This document shows positions 18,217-20,000 of a DNA stretch of 20,000 bases, piece after piece. This DNA is from Candidatus Tectimicrobiota bacterium (GTDB lineage: Bacteria; JACPUC01): assembly GCA_016192455.1 (NCBI GenBank), contig JACPUC010000012.1:109735-129734 (forward strand), in the 5' to 3' direction. Position 1 is the stretch's first letter, and each line of letters starts with the position of its first letter. The translations under genes and the position numbers were made by a program. The notes under the pieces were generated by a model. The model did no database searches, was not told the DNA's origin, and saw only the letters and a list, made by a program, of their open reading frames with translations.

Positions 18217-19323
18217 TCAGCCCAGGTTATACATGCGCGCCGCGTTCTCGCCGAGGACCTTGCGCTTCGAGTCCTCCGAGAGGTCGTTGCGGCCGCGAAC
18301 GGTTGCCACGCACTCGGGGAAGCGGCAGTCGCCGTGCGGGTAGTCGGAGGCGAAGACGACGTTGTCGTCACCCAGGAGCTGGATGAAGGCCGGCAGCATC
18401 TTCTCGTCCGGCTCGCAGCTCACGAAGAAGTTGTCGCGGGTGAGCACCGTGCTGGGGCGTCCCACGAGCTCCGGCACCAGCTTGTGGAGGTCGCCGTACA
18501 TCTCGTGCTTCTCGTAGTGCTCGTCGAAGCGCTCGACCCAGTAGGGCGCCCAGCCGCAGCCGATCTCGAGGAAGGCAAAGCGCAACTTCGGGTGGGTGGT
18601 GAAGATGCCGCCGCGCATCAGGCTCACCAGGCCGGTGAAGACGGCAAACGGCATGGCTACCATGTGGGCCGACCAGAAGTCGTCGAAAAGGTGCTGGCCG
18701 GGGATGTCGTAGCAGCCGGTGACGGCGTGCACGCCGAGGAGAGTGTTGAGGCGCGCCGCCTCGGCGAAGAAAGGCCGCAGCGAGGGGTGATCAAGCCGCT
18801 TGTCGGGAAGGAAGCCGGGGAGCACCGCGCCGACCATGCCTAGCTCGGTGACGGCATGGCGCAGCTCGACGATCGCCGCCTCCGGGTCCTGCAGGGGGAC
18901 AACCGCCACGGCTTTCAGACGGTCGCGGTGCGAGCCGATGCTGTCGTGGACCCAGGTGTTGTAGGCGCGGCACATGGCCGCGGCAAGCTTCGCCTGGCGC
19001 ACGTAGCAGGCGCCGAGCATCAGGGTGGGGAACATCACCTGCGCGTCGATGCCCTCAACGTCCAGGTCCGCCAGGCGGCCGCTGAGGTATTGCAGACCAT
19101 AGAGGTCCTTGAAGCCGCGGTTGGCGCCGGGGGTCACGAAACCGCGCGTGGTGCCCGGTCCGGTGCCGGCCGGTTTCGGCACCAGGGCGCCCTCCACCAG
19201 CCAGTACTGCCACCCCTGCCGGTTCGTCACCAGCTCGGGACGGCGGTCCTGGAACTCAGGCGCGAGGTACTTCTCGAAGACGGCCTCCGTCTCGATGATA
19301 TGGCCATCGGCATCGATGATCAT
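18217..19323 (-). CDS. Amidohydrolase_2 family protein (ACMSD/LigW/LigJ-like decarboxylase or hydratase)
   Basis: Motifs IIDADGHIIE, DLDVEGID..VMFPT, RAYNTW, VPLQDP, HPKLRFAFLE.GCGW and FASDYPH. RBS GAGGAG upstream. Confidence 0.92.
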   Translation of the reverse strand: MIIDADGHIIETEAVFEKYLAPEFQDRRPELVTNRQGWQYWLVEGALVPKPAGTGPGTTRGFVTPGANRGFKDLYGLQYLSGRLADLDVEGIDAQVMFPTLMLGACYVRQAKLAAAMCRAYNTWVHDSIGSHRDRLKAVAVVPLQDPEAAIVELRHAVTELGMVGAVLPGFLPDKRLDHPSLRPFFAEAARLNTLLGVHAVTGCYDIPGQHLFDDFWSAHMVAMPFAVFTGLVSLMRGGIFTTHPKLRFAFLEIGCGWAPYWVERFDEHYEKHEMYGDLHKLVPELVGRPSTVLTRDNFFVSCEPDEKMLPAFIQLLGDDNVVFASDYPHGDCRFPECVATVRGRNDLSEDSKRKVLGENAARMYNLG

Positions 19324-19563
19324 GAAATGCTCCTCTATAAGCTATAGCTGGAGTGGGCCAGGATGGTGAGTGACTTCCCATCAGTATACCCCAGCTTGCC
19401 GGGGATTTCCTGGGGGGGAGGGTTGCCGAGTGTGCGAGGCGCCTCGGCTGCTTGCGCGGCAACTCGTATTGAGAGCGAGGGCTTCCGGCGCCGTGAGGAG
19501 GGAAGGCACCGTCCTCGGGGTGCTCCTCCTCCGCGTTGCGTCGCAGGATGCGCTTCTCCCGGC

Positions 19564-19859
19564 TCAGTCGCGACGGGTTCGATAGCTGCGCAGTTCTTCC
19601 GAGCTCAGCTCCTCTGGCGGAACAAGCCGGTAATGTTTCTCCAGGGCGATGACAACACCGCTCGCGGATTCTTCCAGCTCGAAAAGCTTATCAAGTCGTC
19701 GTTCATGAACTGGGCTGCAATCGGACGGGAGATGAGCGAGGAAAACTTTTCAGCGCACACTGCGAGATCTTGCTCGACTTGTACGATGCTGAGGCCATCG
19801 CTCCTCCCCTTGGCCTGCACGGGAAAGACGTAGTGCGCGCCGCGACGGTCAACTCCTAC
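19564..19859 (-). pseudogene. C-terminal remnant of a putative restriction-endonuclease-like gene, frameshifted and IS-interrupted
   Basis: Reads VGVDRRGAHYVFPVQAKGRSDGLSIVQVEQDLAVCAEKF..RPIAAQFMNDDLI, then after a 1-nt frameshift near 19687 continues LFELEESASGVVIALEKHYRLVPPEELSSEELRSYRTRRD*. It has a QxK nuclease-type motif. The family call is from recall. Confidence 0.7.
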
Positions 19860-19861
19860 TA

Positions 19862-20000
19862 CTACTGTGTCATAAATCTATTGCCTTGGCTTTGCGGGTG
19901 TGGTACCTTTGGGGTATGAGGAGGATGCCCGGAGGTTCCCCGCAGCGCTTTCAGGAGTACCTGGACCATTTGGCCCAGGCGGTGGGCCACGCTGATCGTC
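19862..20000 (+). mobile_element. Left end of an IS701-family insertion sequence (continues beyond the window)
   Basis: Terminal-repeat-like CTACTGTGTCATAAAT (19862-19877; the true end may be a few bases further left) followed by a transposase N-terminus. Confidence 0.8.
19916..20000 (+). CDS. IS701-family transposase, N-terminal 28 aa (partial)
   Basis: MRRMPGGSPQRFQEYLDHLAQAVGHADR. The RF..Y...L....GHADR pattern is typical of IS701 transposase N-termini. Confidence 0.8.
   Translation, partial: MRRMPGGSPQRFQEYLDHLAQAVGHADR

Noticed and set aside
16289-18843. Plus-strand ORFs 16289..18163 and 18013..18843
   Set aside because: Antisense to the well-supported UbiD and amidohydrolase genes.
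1-20000. tRNA (including tRNA-Sec), rRNA or CRISPR arrays
   Set aside because: None were recognisable by eye, and there is no regularly spaced repeat-spacer pattern.

Overview
High-GC bacterial DNA, mostly metabolic genes. In order: the 3' end of a ThDP-dependent dehydrogenase E1-alpha gene plus E1-beta; a low-GC islet with a CBS-pair gene; a minus-strand run of EamA transporter, yggX, radical SAM and ATP-grasp ligase; an allantoinase/dihydroorotase-family amidohydrolase; sthA; an RND adaptor and permease pair; a UbiD decarboxylase with an amidohydrolase_2 gene; and, at the right edge, a frameshifted endonuclease remnant cut by an IS701-family element. The best signal is the radical SAM ORF. 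Its apparent stop is ...WYC-TGA-GCT-GAA-CCG, which reads as a C-U-A-E-P selenocysteine tail, and a SECIS-like hairpin follows the UGA. The gene lies just upstream of an amino-acid-ligase-type ATP-grasp gene, which suggests an uncharacterised selenoenzyme-dependent small-molecule pathway. All family calls come from motif recognition; no searches were run.
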